Positions 52,478 through 61,690 of a DNA stretch of 64,000 nt are shown here, piece after piece (position 1 is the stretch's first letter; every line of letters starts with the position of its first letter). Location: assembly GCA_000091205.1 (NCBI GenBank), contig AP006500.2; one strand, 5' to 3'. The notes beneath the pieces are model-generated. The model had not been told where the DNA came from. It made no database searches and was given only the letters and a program-made list of their open reading frames with translations. Position numbers and translations under genes: made by a program. The stretch is from Cyanidioschyzon merolae. Its lineage: Eukaryota.

Positions 52478-52775
52478 ACACTGTATTATTTCGTACTAAA
52501 AGGACATCAGTGTCCATCGCGGGAAAAGTCCTGATCTAGAATGTACGAACATCTAATGGATTAGAATGGATTATTTCGTACTAAAAGGACATCAGTGTCC
52601 ATCGCGGCACACGCCGCAATCTAGAAAGTACGAACATCTAATGGATTAGAATGGATTATTTCGTACTAAAAGGACATCAGTGTCCATCGCGGGAAACGTC
52701 CTGATCTAGAATGTACGAGCATCTAATGAACTAGAATGGATTATTTCGTACTAAAAGGACATCAGTGTCCGTTGT
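52478..52775. repeat. Tandem repeat, ~88-bp unit x ~3.4 (unit approximately attatttcgtactaaaaggacatcagtgtccatcgcgggaaaagtcctgatctagaatgtacgaacatctaatggattagaatgg)
   Basis: Directly visible. Each unit contains a short palindrome ggaca-tcag-tgtcc. Two units contain tcgcgggaaa, which is a TTTCCCGC E2F-like element on the other strand. The array ends at the first codon of track ORF 52765..54273. Confidence 0.85.
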
Positions 52776-54273
52776 TGGCCAACTTCGTGCCTACGTCATC
52801 GTGTGTCGCAATAGCGAGCATACGCATGCGTTTGTTTCTCAGGCCGCTCGGGGACGTTTTCAGGGCCTGCGCTCTTGTCAACCTCTTTATGTTGCTTCAT
52901 ATATGTTTCAAGGACCTGCACGAACATTTATAGGCACGTATGGGTGCACAAGGTATCAAAGGCTCCGAGCGCTCGCCGCATGCCGATCTGAGACTCGAGC
53001 AGAGCGGCGTGCGACGCAGCGGTTCGATGCAGCTGCTTCCGGTGCGCGACGGGCAAGCAAGCTTGGACACCGGCGGCGCCGCCTAGTGAAAACGCATGGC
53101 GCCTTGGCGATCCAGAGCTCACTCATCCAGCCAAATAACTTCTGGGGTGTCTGGAGCTTGCTCATAGGCTCAGCAACAGCTGGCGTCTGGTTCGAGCGTA
53201 CACGCATCGGAGCGGCGCTCTCGGCACCGCTTCTCTCGTCGCTGCTGGGACTGGCGTTGGTCAACTTGGGCATCTTGCCGGCATCTGCGCCCGCATACCA
53301 GACAGTGAGTAAGGTCGTCGTGCCGCTTGCGATTCCGCTCCTGCTCTTCAACGCGGATATGCGTCGCGTCTTTCGAGAGACAGGTCGACTCTTGAAAGCG
53401 TTTTGGATCGGTGCATTGGCGACAGTGATCGGCACCTTCGTGGCGTGTGCCCTTGTTCCACCTGGAGCAATCGGTGCGGATAATCTTTATCGAGCAGCCG
53501 TGGCTCTGAATGCACGCCACATCGGAGGCTCCGTGAACCTCGTCGCTGTCGCGGAAGCCACCCGAATGGAGCCTGCATTGGTCTCCGCCTTGCTTGCCGC
53601 GGATAATATCGTGCTCGCTATTTACTTTCCGCTTATTTTCGCCTTGTCCAGTTCAGCAGCGAGACCAGATGCGGACGCGAAGCAGGCCGTTGACGGAAAC
53701 CGCAGAGAAACCGACCTGGCAATGCTGTCACTTGCACTTGCGGTTGCGTTCGCGCTATGCTTCCTGAGCTTTGGGATCGCATGCTGGCTGCATCTGGAGT
53801 CCTTCGTGCTGCCGCTCCTGACGCTAATGATCGTCTCACTGGCAACGCTTTTTCCGCGACAGTTTCAACCACTCCAGACCGCTGGTACCATTCTGGGTAT
53901 GTTTTTTATGCAAGTTTTCTTTGCGGTGACGGGTGCGTTAGGCTCCATCGGTGCCGTTATACGCACTGCACCTCTCTTGCTCCTTCTGAGTGTGGTTCAA
54001 GTAGGCGTTCATTTAATGGTGATGCTCATTTTAGGTAGAATTTTAGGTATTTCAAGGGACGATCTCATGCTGGCGTCCAACGCGAACATTGGCGGCCCGA
54101 GTACCGCTGCGGGCATGGCCGCATCCAAGCGCTGGACCGCTCTCATCGTACCTGCTATTCTTATCGGTGTCTGTGGTTATGCTATCGCAACTTTCGTTTC
54201 ATTGGGTTGCTTGCCGTTACTCCCATATTTTGTCCGTGTGTTGCCCTGGGCGTCCGCACTCCAACGCCCATAG
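52765..54273 (+). CDS. DUF819-family polytopic membrane protein (plastid/bacterial-type) with an R/S/A-rich N-terminal extension. The track start is GTG; the first in-frame ATG is at ~52903.
   Basis: …LIQPNNFWGVWSLLIGSATAGVWFERTRIGAALSAPLLSSLLGLALVNLGILP… corresponds to the conserved N-terminal block of DUF819 proteins (…W.ER.T..GK.LSGAV.A.L.GM.LSN.GIIP). It is followed by ~10 hydrophobic helices to the C-terminus. Confidence 0.55.
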   Translation: MSVVGQLRAYVIVCRNSEHTHAFVSQAARGRFQGLRSCQPLYVASYMFQGPARTFIGTYGCTRYQRLRALAACRSETRAERRATQRFDAAASGARRASKLGHRRRRLVKTHGALAIQSSLIQPNNFWGVWSLLIGSATAGVWFERTRIGAALSAPLLSSLLGLALVNLGILPASAPAYQTVSKVVVPLAIPLLLFNADMRRVFRETGRLLKAFWIGALATVIGTFVACALVPPGAIGADNLYRAAVALNARHIGGSVNLVAVAEATRMEPALVSALLAADNIVLAIYFPLIFALSSSAARPDADAKQAVDGNRRETDLAMLSLALAVAFALCFLSFGIACWLHLESFVLPLLTLMIVSLATLFPRQFQPLQTAGTILGMFFMQVFFAVTGALGSIGAVIRTAPLLLLLSVVQVGVHLMVMLILGRILGISRDDLMLASNANIGGPSTAAGMAASKRWTALIVPAILIGVCGYAIATFVSLGCLPLLPYFVRVLPWASALQRP

Positions 54274-55074
54274 GGAGAAACGCCTCTACAGCGAAGCGAA
54301 GTTGGATGCTCGCACGCAGCGTTCTGGATCCGTTCTAACGAGACCCGTATGATGAACATGGTGCCCGGCGATTTCATGAACTGGTCCGCAACAATCTGGA
54401 TCCGTTCTTGCGATGCTTCTCAACGCCGCGACTAGGTGGGATGCGTCTGAAAGAAGCCTGCGATATTTGGTTACGATGCTCGGATCGGTAGTGTGCCCTG
54501 CAAACGTTTGGTTCTCGTGTCCGAACAAAGTTCATGGTGTGCGCAGCACTTCAGCTTGCCTCGGGCTTGGAAACAATGCCACTACAAGTTCGAAAACATT
54601 AGTGACGCTGCAGATGCCTTCTAGTCGCATGAAAGCATCACTGATGGAAACGCTCCAAAAGTGGCCAGTATCACGTGTGCGCTTCTGCGGCTATCCTGCG
54701 GTAACGCGTGCTGTGCAGAGCCCCGCCGCTCTCGACTACACGCTCGACGACGGTTGCTCGCATAAACCCCAACAATGCCTCATCGAGTTGCGCCAAGGGC
54801 GCTTCTCGAAGTGCACGGTCGTATCCAGATTCGCATTGGTCAGGATACGACCTCATCGAGATATGCCAGGGTTTCGGTTTCGACCGATTCTGCGCAAATC
54901 GACAACTCCGAAACAGTAAACGCTCTTCGGGGGTGCCATTCAGCCTATCGAAATATCGGAATGTTTCAGTTGCATTGCGCTCTACCCAAGTTGCCAACTC
55001 CGGCAGCGTGAACGCTCTTCCAGCTGACGTTTTACCCTATCGAGATATCCCAAGGGATGCCATTGCGATGCGCT

Positions 55075-57519
55075 CTACCCAAACAGATAGCTTCGGAGCA
55101 GTGAACTCGTCTCATTAAAGTCGTGTTCTCCATCGTCGATGATGCTGGTTGCATCGGTGGGGAACACATCCGGAAACGGGGTCGTCTCCGACGCGGCCTG
55201 CTTCGTTCGAACCAAAGCATCTGGCGTCCGTAGCTCGGCCTCGTGAGCGCGCTCCGGTATCGTCCAGTCGCTGAAACTCGTATCCAGCGCGACTTCGCCG
55301 GTGTCGGTGGTAGCCAGCTTGTGCACCTGCTCCGCAACAGATGTCGCCAATCGCAGGACCTCCGTCGCGCGCTTATCCGATTCGCCAACCGTTGCGATGC
55401 AGGCGGCAAACGGGGCAAAGCGCTGGAGTTCAGCACCAGAATATTGCGGGGTGGCCTCATAGAGAACCGCAGCAAACGGCACAAAAAGTGCATCTCTCGA
55501 TGAAGGCACAGTGGCCGGTGTTACCTGCAGGCACACCGGATCCGAAGCGTGTCGCTCTATATATCGCTCCAGGGCGAAGCAGAGGCTGTTCGGCGTGTGG
55601 TATTCGCGGCCCTCGAAAACGAGTGGAATATAATGCCCGCCCTGGAAATACTCCAGTATCCATCTTTGGAGCATGCCGGGTGCAGTCATCGTCCCCAGAG
55701 CTGTATACATGTTCGCTTCACGGTTGGCGGCCAGAAACAACAACCGTTGCCCTGGCGCCGGTTGCGCCGCCTTCAGTAGTCTCTCGACAACCAGCGCCAC
55801 TTGCGCCTGTGATGACGCTCCGTGAAGCACATAATCGTACTCGAGCTCGGCTTCCTCGGTCAGAAGCATGAGTGAGCCGCGATCCAGAGCGATCGCCACG
55901 CGCCCTCGCTGCTTCAGCACATCATCCGCATCCCTTCGATGAAGCGCAGCGAAAAGGTAGCGACCAGTCGACGGTACAAGCGGATCGAAACGAACGCACG
56001 TGGGCACCAGCCCCAGTCGACAGCGCATCTTAAGTCGGAACGCGTGACGGCGTTCCCGTTCCCGCAGCAACAGACTCCAGGTCCGATTGCATTGTTCCCG
56101 GCATCGAACGAGGTCGCGGAGGAGTTCGCTCTCTACCAGGCAGGACAGGTCCGCTTTCGAGGCCTGCGACTGCTGCTGTCTTCGATACAGGGCTTGCCAG
56201 GCGACTGCCTGCAGGCACAGCGCTGCGAGGTGTCGGCGTACGCGCTGCACGGCTGCGGGCTCGTTCGTCATCGGCAGCGGCTGCCCCAGTGGCGAACGCT
56301 CGGAGATGGTGGCAGCGCTACCGGCACCAGCACCACGATGGCGCTGGTGCTGTACACGGCTTGCCAGCATGCTCCAGTAGAGTAGCATGAAGCGCTGGAG
56401 GCGTTTCTGCTTGCGTTGCAGTTCTGCGATAAGCTGATAGGCGCGAGTGCGTTCACGGCGTAGTGAATCCTCCAAACCGGTGACTCGACCTTGTAAAGTC
56501 GCCAAGAGCTGGGAAGACTCCGAGTCCGTCGACGTTCGCAATGTGTGCGCTTCTAGCTCTGCAGTGTTTTCGGTGTGAAGCGCTTTTTTCTGAACGCTTT
56601 GCAGCCGGTACATCAGCAGCCAGATACGTGCGACAAACAAGGCCGTTGTGGTAGCCTCCGTGGTCTCGAGTGGCGTCGATATGCCTTCGGCGTCCGCGAG
56701 TACACTATGCGTTGTCGTCGGTGAGAAGCTGCCCGGCTTCATGGGTGAGTTCAGCACCGATGACCCGCGTTCCACGGCATGGCGAAGACAGAGCGGTAGG
56801 ATCTTCTCAAGGGCGTTGATGGCTCGCACCAGCGCTGCGTGGTGCTGGATCACCAGGTTCGCAATGGTTTGGCGCATGCTTTCATCGTTTTCGACCTCGA
56901 GCTGCTGTGCATAGCGTCGCAGCTGACTCTCTGCGTCTTCGTAGGCAGCTCTGGCTTCGGCGAGCTCGAAGCGTTCCACCGCACCAGGCTCTTCGTCGAC
57001 GTTCTTCTGATGTGCTTTGAATGTTCGTTTGACGTCCTTGTAGTGGAGCTTTTTCTGACGAAATTCGCCGTAGCAGTAGGATTTGGTGAAATTTCGTCGA
57101 GGTTTGATCATGTTGAGCTCTACGGCTCGGCTGAAGGCCGAGAATGCATCGTGGACATCGCGTTCGGTGCGTCCGACAGTTACGAGGACTTCGCGCAGCT
57201 CCCGCGAGAACAGGTACTTGTCTACAGTCTCCTGACTCAGTTCTTCTTCGGAGATGACTTCACCTCGAGCGCGCAGGAGGCGAGCAACATCGATGAGCGA
57301 CTCGGAGCACTGGCGTCCGTGCTCGACCATGGCCACCAGGTCGCTGTTGTAGCGCGCATAGTTCCGTGCTAATAGGTCGTTGGCCCGACGCACGTCCTTC
57401 AACGTTAGCAGTTCCAGACGAAGTTCGTGGTCATCCTCATAGACGTCCTCGAGATGAAGGCGCTCACGTATACGAATGCCGAGTTTTGCGCTCGAGAACA
57501 GCAGCTTACGAGCCGCCAT
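55075..57519 (-). CDS. Hypothetical protein (814 aa). The N-terminal ~250 aa are predicted coiled-coil/helical (possibly BAR/AH-like). The central region is Q/R/A-rich coiled-coil.
   Basis: ATG verified at 57517-57519 (minus strand). Protein-like composition throughout. No family motif recognised by eye. Confidence 0.5.
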   Translation of the reverse strand: MAARKLLFSSAKLGIRIRERLHLEDVYEDDHELRLELLTLKDVRRANDLLARNYARYNSDLVAMVEHGRQCSESLIDVARLLRARGEVISEEELSQETVDKYLFSRELREVLVTVGRTERDVHDAFSAFSRAVELNMIKPRRNFTKSYCYGEFRQKKLHYKDVKRTFKAHQKNVDEEPGAVERFELAEARAAYEDAESQLRRYAQQLEVENDESMRQTIANLVIQHHAALVRAINALEKILPLCLRHAVERGSSVLNSPMKPGSFSPTTTHSVLADAEGISTPLETTEATTTALFVARIWLLMYRLQSVQKKALHTENTAELEAHTLRTSTDSESSQLLATLQGRVTGLEDSLRRERTRAYQLIAELQRKQKRLQRFMLLYWSMLASRVQHQRHRGAGAGSAATISERSPLGQPLPMTNEPAAVQRVRRHLAALCLQAVAWQALYRRQQQSQASKADLSCLVESELLRDLVRCREQCNRTWSLLLRERERRHAFRLKMRCRLGLVPTCVRFDPLVPSTGRYLFAALHRRDADDVLKQRGRVAIALDRGSLMLLTEEAELEYDYVLHGASSQAQVALVVERLLKAAQPAPGQRLLFLAANREANMYTALGTMTAPGMLQRWILEYFQGGHYIPLVFEGREYHTPNSLCFALERYIERHASDPVCLQVTPATVPSSRDALFVPFAAVLYEATPQYSGAELQRFAPFAACIATVGESDKRATEVLRLATSVAEQVHKLATTDTGEVALDTSFSDWTIPERAHEAELRTPDALVRTKQAASETTPFPDVFPTDATSIIDDGEHDFNETSSLLRSYLFG

Positions 57520-59345
57520 TTCAACGGGCGTATACAGGTGCAGCGCGTCTCTGAGAGGACGCTGAACGTATTTAGAAGCGATCTACGTAAACAAGCGGCT
57601 AGGATACAGCTGATTGTACCAGAACTGGGAAGTGCAGTCCCTGAAGACGATGGTTGAAGCCTCCGGTGCGGCAGTAAAAACTGTTGGTGTCGTTCTCTTC
57701 AGGTCGCTTGAGAGAGGGCGCCTTCTTGAGCCCCACCTAGTAACCTGCCACAGGTACCCGAAGCAGGCTCTACAGCTTGCAAAAGGAAGGACTTGCCCAA
57801 TATCCAAAGTAAACGGCGCCTATCCTGAGAAGCGCTTCGGTCTCTGCGTCGTTTGCGGCTTGGAAATCACGTGGAAGGGTAAAGTATAACGGTGCCGGGC
57901 GAGGCGAGGCCAGGCCAGGTCAGGCCAAGCCATTGTTTGCGTTATCGATGCTTCGCGCTATTGTGCCGGTGCGGAAAACAGGTGACGTGTACTGCAACCT
58001 GGTCAGCATTGGGTGCCTTCATGCCGCGTAACGTTCCCGGCTAGGCTGAGCCTTTCATGAACTGGGAAAAAGTAGCGATTGACTCGCTCGGAGCCGCTGC
58101 CGCTGGCAAGGCCTCCACAGCGGAGTTCTCTGGGAGTTCACCGGACTCGCTGTGTCTGCCGTCGACAACTCGAGACGCTTTGGGGTTGATCAGCCTGACG
58201 TGCGCCTATATTTATGAAGCGTACGCCCCAAGCGAATAGGTGAAGCAACTTGACACGGAGCAGCGGTATGTGCGGTCAACTGCAGCCGGTCGCGTGGGGC
58301 TTTGGTTGGGCGCTCGTTCGCTTAGCGCGTTTCTGCTGGATATTTCGAGAGATCCGCTGCAACCGTTACGTGAAAAGTAATCCAAAGAAATTGAGTCCGA
58401 GTTCTTCGAAGGCAGGAAGCGTCGGTCGGACGTGACCGGTGGCCTCGGTACTCGCCGTCCCATGTGCAAGTGTACGCTCTAGTTTCCTTTCATGAGGGCA
58501 GCATGCGATCCCGACGGTGACCTATAACGCCGTGAAGATACCGTCTGTGTGTGCTGGACCAGATTCCATGCTTCGAGAAAACACTGACTCAGGACCTGCT
58601 GCCTGCCGTGCAGTTACGATAGTCTGACCTGGAGCTTGCCCCGGTTTTGTTATCATGAAGAGAGGTACGCTCTGAAAGTTCCCAACCGCAGCTTCGTGAG
58701 TAGAGGCAGCAACCGGCGACACAGTCTATTGTATCAAAGCACCACAATAGGATCGCGAGCTAAGTTTCTAGGGTAGCCCTTTCGCAGAAACTTTTGTGCA
58801 CGATCTTATGTGCGCCTGTTTGTACGTCAAGCGAGGCATTCGCGCGATGCCCAGTGCCAGCACTGGCGTGTCGCGAAGACACTAGCGCAACGACAAATCA
58901 CGCCGTTGACTCGTTGATCGAGCACGGTTGCTGTGGACAGAGCGCTGATGTGATAATGAAAAGCTCGGAGCGCATACTGCTTCGCGCCCGCTGGAATAGC
59001 AACGAGCGGTGCTTTTGCACTCCAGTCGGAAACCGGGAATCGAAAAAAAGCCTCTTCCCAGCGGTCTCTCCAACGTACAGAGCGCTCCGCAAAGACGCTT
59101 TCGGGGATCCCCGGCCGCCACATAGACAGGAAGGCGCGCTCGCTTCAATGCATCTCATTCTCTGTGATGCGGAATGCGTGCATACAAGTATCTATCGAGC
59201 CGTCGAGGCAAAAGAAAGGGCATGACATGTACAGCGTAACAGATTCATTCTAATAGACAGTAGATCAATATAACCAGCGTTCTGAGATCAGCAGCTTGCC
59301 CCCTGTGACTTTGCACCTCCTATCGAAGCATAAACCGCTCTGTCG

Positions 59346-59405
59346 GTGACGCGATGTCGCTGGTTCGATCACGATGTCGCTGGTTCGATCACGATGTCGC
59401 AACAT
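59346..59405. repeat. Short tandem repeat, 22-bp unit (cgatgtcgctggttcgatcacg) x ~2.5
   Basis: Directly visible in the divergent intergenic region upstream of the 59722..61440 gene. Confidence 0.8.
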
Positions 59406-59721
59406 GCTCCTGGAACAACGCGCAGACGTTCATGGAGATGCTCCATGGAAAGCGGCGGATCCGCGCACGCATCCATCTCTCAGAGAAATGGTACCCAACT
59501 GTACATTTATGTACTTAATAAGAATAATAAGACATTGATGCGGATCCTCGTGCATCGGCATGGATCCTCGCTTGCCGCGAACGTTGATCGCAATGCAACT
59601 CGGATCGTCATCTGGTGCCGCGGCATCGATCGCGCACACGCGCTGCCTTTGATGCTCATACGCAAGCAGGATTCGCACCGTGATAGCGTTGCATTGCGTG
59701 CGAGCATAGGAAACGTTTTCC

Positions 59722-61440
59722 ATGCATATGAGCCAAAGTTTATTGTCCACGATAACTGACCTGGCGTTGAACAAAACAGATACTGGGAAAAAAGGTCAAC
59801 GTGCAACAACGAGCTCGCGGATAAGCGGTGTCGTGCACGACGACCGACGACACGAGTGGGTTGTTCCGCAGCTCCGACGCTACGCTTCTGCCACGCCACA
59901 GCGACTGCGATATATAGAACACGACAAGTCTGAACCCGATATAGGGTTTATTTTGTCACTGAACGCACGCGAGTCGGCGTTCTATTCCGGTACGAGAACA
60001 CGCAAGCGTTGCAGCGTTCTGGTTCGACGACTTCAATTCACTTTGGCGTGTGCCTCGGATGGACGCTCCGATAAGCCACGTCGGTATTTCCGTTCGAAGA
60101 AAGTGTCTCCAGTGAATCCCGCTGCAATACAGCCGCAGACGCCGGGACATGAAACTGGGTCGTCGCGAAAGAACGCTTTTGCGGCACGATCGCAGCCCCG
60201 TGATGCACCGCAAGGTGTCTTCGAGACAATTCGTCGATGGCTTCAGAAGCACGAACTAGAATCCAGCAGTCTCTGCATCCGGCTTCTTGATGACTATCGG
60301 CACGTTGACGAGTTGCTTCAGTGCTTCTGGAATGCCGTCGAGGATGTGGCCGGGGGCTCCTCTGCCGACGTCCTGCTGGCGCTGCCGCCGCTCCCGTCAT
60401 CCCTTGCCAGTGCCTTGATCGGTCACCTTCGAGAGTGCGCTGACGTCGGTGATGTCTTTGGCTCGCACGTGTTTCTCAACGCGTACGGACCCGATGAGGG
60501 AGCACCTCGGTTCTGTTTGCGGTTACGAAAAGGCTCGTCAGCTGCTGGTGGTGTCGGCGCTACGTCCCAGGATGATCCTTTTTGGTCCGATGACGAGGAC
60601 GACTTTTTGGACCCGCGTTTCGCCGAACTTTTGCGCGCATCACGCGAAGAAGATGCGGGAGAAACGTCACCCGTAGCCGTGGGGCAAGATGCTGCCCCGA
60701 CCGGCATCACGACCAATGACGACCTCGATACCAGACAGAAGCTGCAGTCCAGCGAGCTGTCCCTACCGTCGGATGAAGTGATTCTAGCAGAGAGCCGCGC
60801 TTGGGTCCAGCATATGATCGTCGATGCTGCTGTATGTCCTTTCATGATGTCCGCCGTGCGTGGTGGCTTACCAGCGGGCCAGGTACGCTATGCGGTATCG
60901 CACGCGACAACACCTGAGCGAATCTATCGTGAGTTTTGGAACGAAGTCGCCCTGCTTCGACGGACCCCTTCGAAGGACGTCTCCACCACGTTGCTGGTAC
61001 TGCCAGAACTGGTACAGGGCATAGAAGGCTTTGATGCCATTACCACGCCGCTGAGTGCAGCGCTTGAAGCGCTCCAACTCGACGCCTTCATTCAACTGGT
61101 GTTCTTTCATCCAAAGTATGCATTTCGCGACGGTCGGGATCGCATCAATACGCAAGGTTGCACGGGCGGACACGCCGCGAACTACGTGCGCCGCTCACCC
61201 TACCCCATGATCAATATTCTGCGAACAGAGCAAGTACAGCGTGGGCAGCGGGGCATCCCAACGGAACTCGTTTATCGACGGAATGAGTCATTGATGCGCA
61301 CCATTGGAGCCGAACGACTTGAACAAATGCTTCATCGACGATCTTGGGAGGAGCTTCTCCAACTCGTCCAGGACAATCGTCCCTATGCGGATCTCGAGGA
61401 AGCAGTCAAGCGTGTACGCGATCAGTTTGCGAGTTCCTGA
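59722..61440 (+). CDS. Hypothetical protein (572 aa). The C-terminal ~200 aa may form a conserved domain; I tentatively note resemblance to bacterial DUF1415-type proteins.
   Basis: C-terminal segment …ESRAWVQHMIVDAAVCPFMMSAVRGG…VRYAVSHATTPERIYREFWNEVALLRR…LVFFHPKYAFRDG…NYVRRSPYPMINILRTEQVQRG…IGAERLEQML…. I associate motifs such as CPF, FHP.Y.F, RSPYPM..LR and GAERL with DUF1415, from memory only. Confidence 0.45.
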   Translation: MHMSQSLLSTITDLALNKTDTGKKGQRATTSSRISGVVHDDRRHEWVVPQLRRYASATPQRLRYIEHDKSEPDIGFILSLNARESAFYSGTRTRKRCSVLVRRLQFTLACASDGRSDKPRRYFRSKKVSPVNPAAIQPQTPGHETGSSRKNAFAARSQPRDAPQGVFETIRRWLQKHELESSSLCIRLLDDYRHVDELLQCFWNAVEDVAGGSSADVLLALPPLPSSLASALIGHLRECADVGDVFGSHVFLNAYGPDEGAPRFCLRLRKGSSAAGGVGATSQDDPFWSDDEDDFLDPRFAELLRASREEDAGETSPVAVGQDAAPTGITTNDDLDTRQKLQSSELSLPSDEVILAESRAWVQHMIVDAAVCPFMMSAVRGGLPAGQVRYAVSHATTPERIYREFWNEVALLRRTPSKDVSTTLLVLPELVQGIEGFDAITTPLSAALEALQLDAFIQLVFFHPKYAFRDGRDRINTQGCTGGHAANYVRRSPYPMINILRTEQVQRGQRGIPTELVYRRNESLMRTIGAERLEQMLHRRSWEELLQLVQDNRPYADLEEAVKRVRDQFASS

Positions 61441-61479
61441 ATAGCGTCCTAACTCGCGCTGTAGTTGCGGCAATGAGAC

Positions 61480-61640
61480 ATGGCACAAAGACACGTTTCC
61501 GCAGATGCGGTGCCTCGTCTGCGGATACGTAAGGAGGCAATGCTCGGGCATTGGCGATTGTCCAAGGCACCATCGGGCGTTTCCGCGGTTACAGTGCCTC
61601 GTCTGCGGATACGTAAGGAGGCAACGCGCTGTTATCGGCT
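61480..61640. repeat. Two copies of a ~30-bp element (gtgcctcgtctgcggatacgtaaggaggcaa), ~88 bp apart, in the convergent intergenic region between the 59722..61440 and typA genes
   Basis: Directly visible at ~61506-61536 and ~61594-61624. The first copy is preceded by the inverted repeat ccgcaga…tctgcgg (7-bp stem). Confidence 0.7.
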
Positions 61641-61690
61641 GGTGAGCGGGGAATGCCCCGCCAGGTATCAGAGGCAGCTCTGATATCCGC

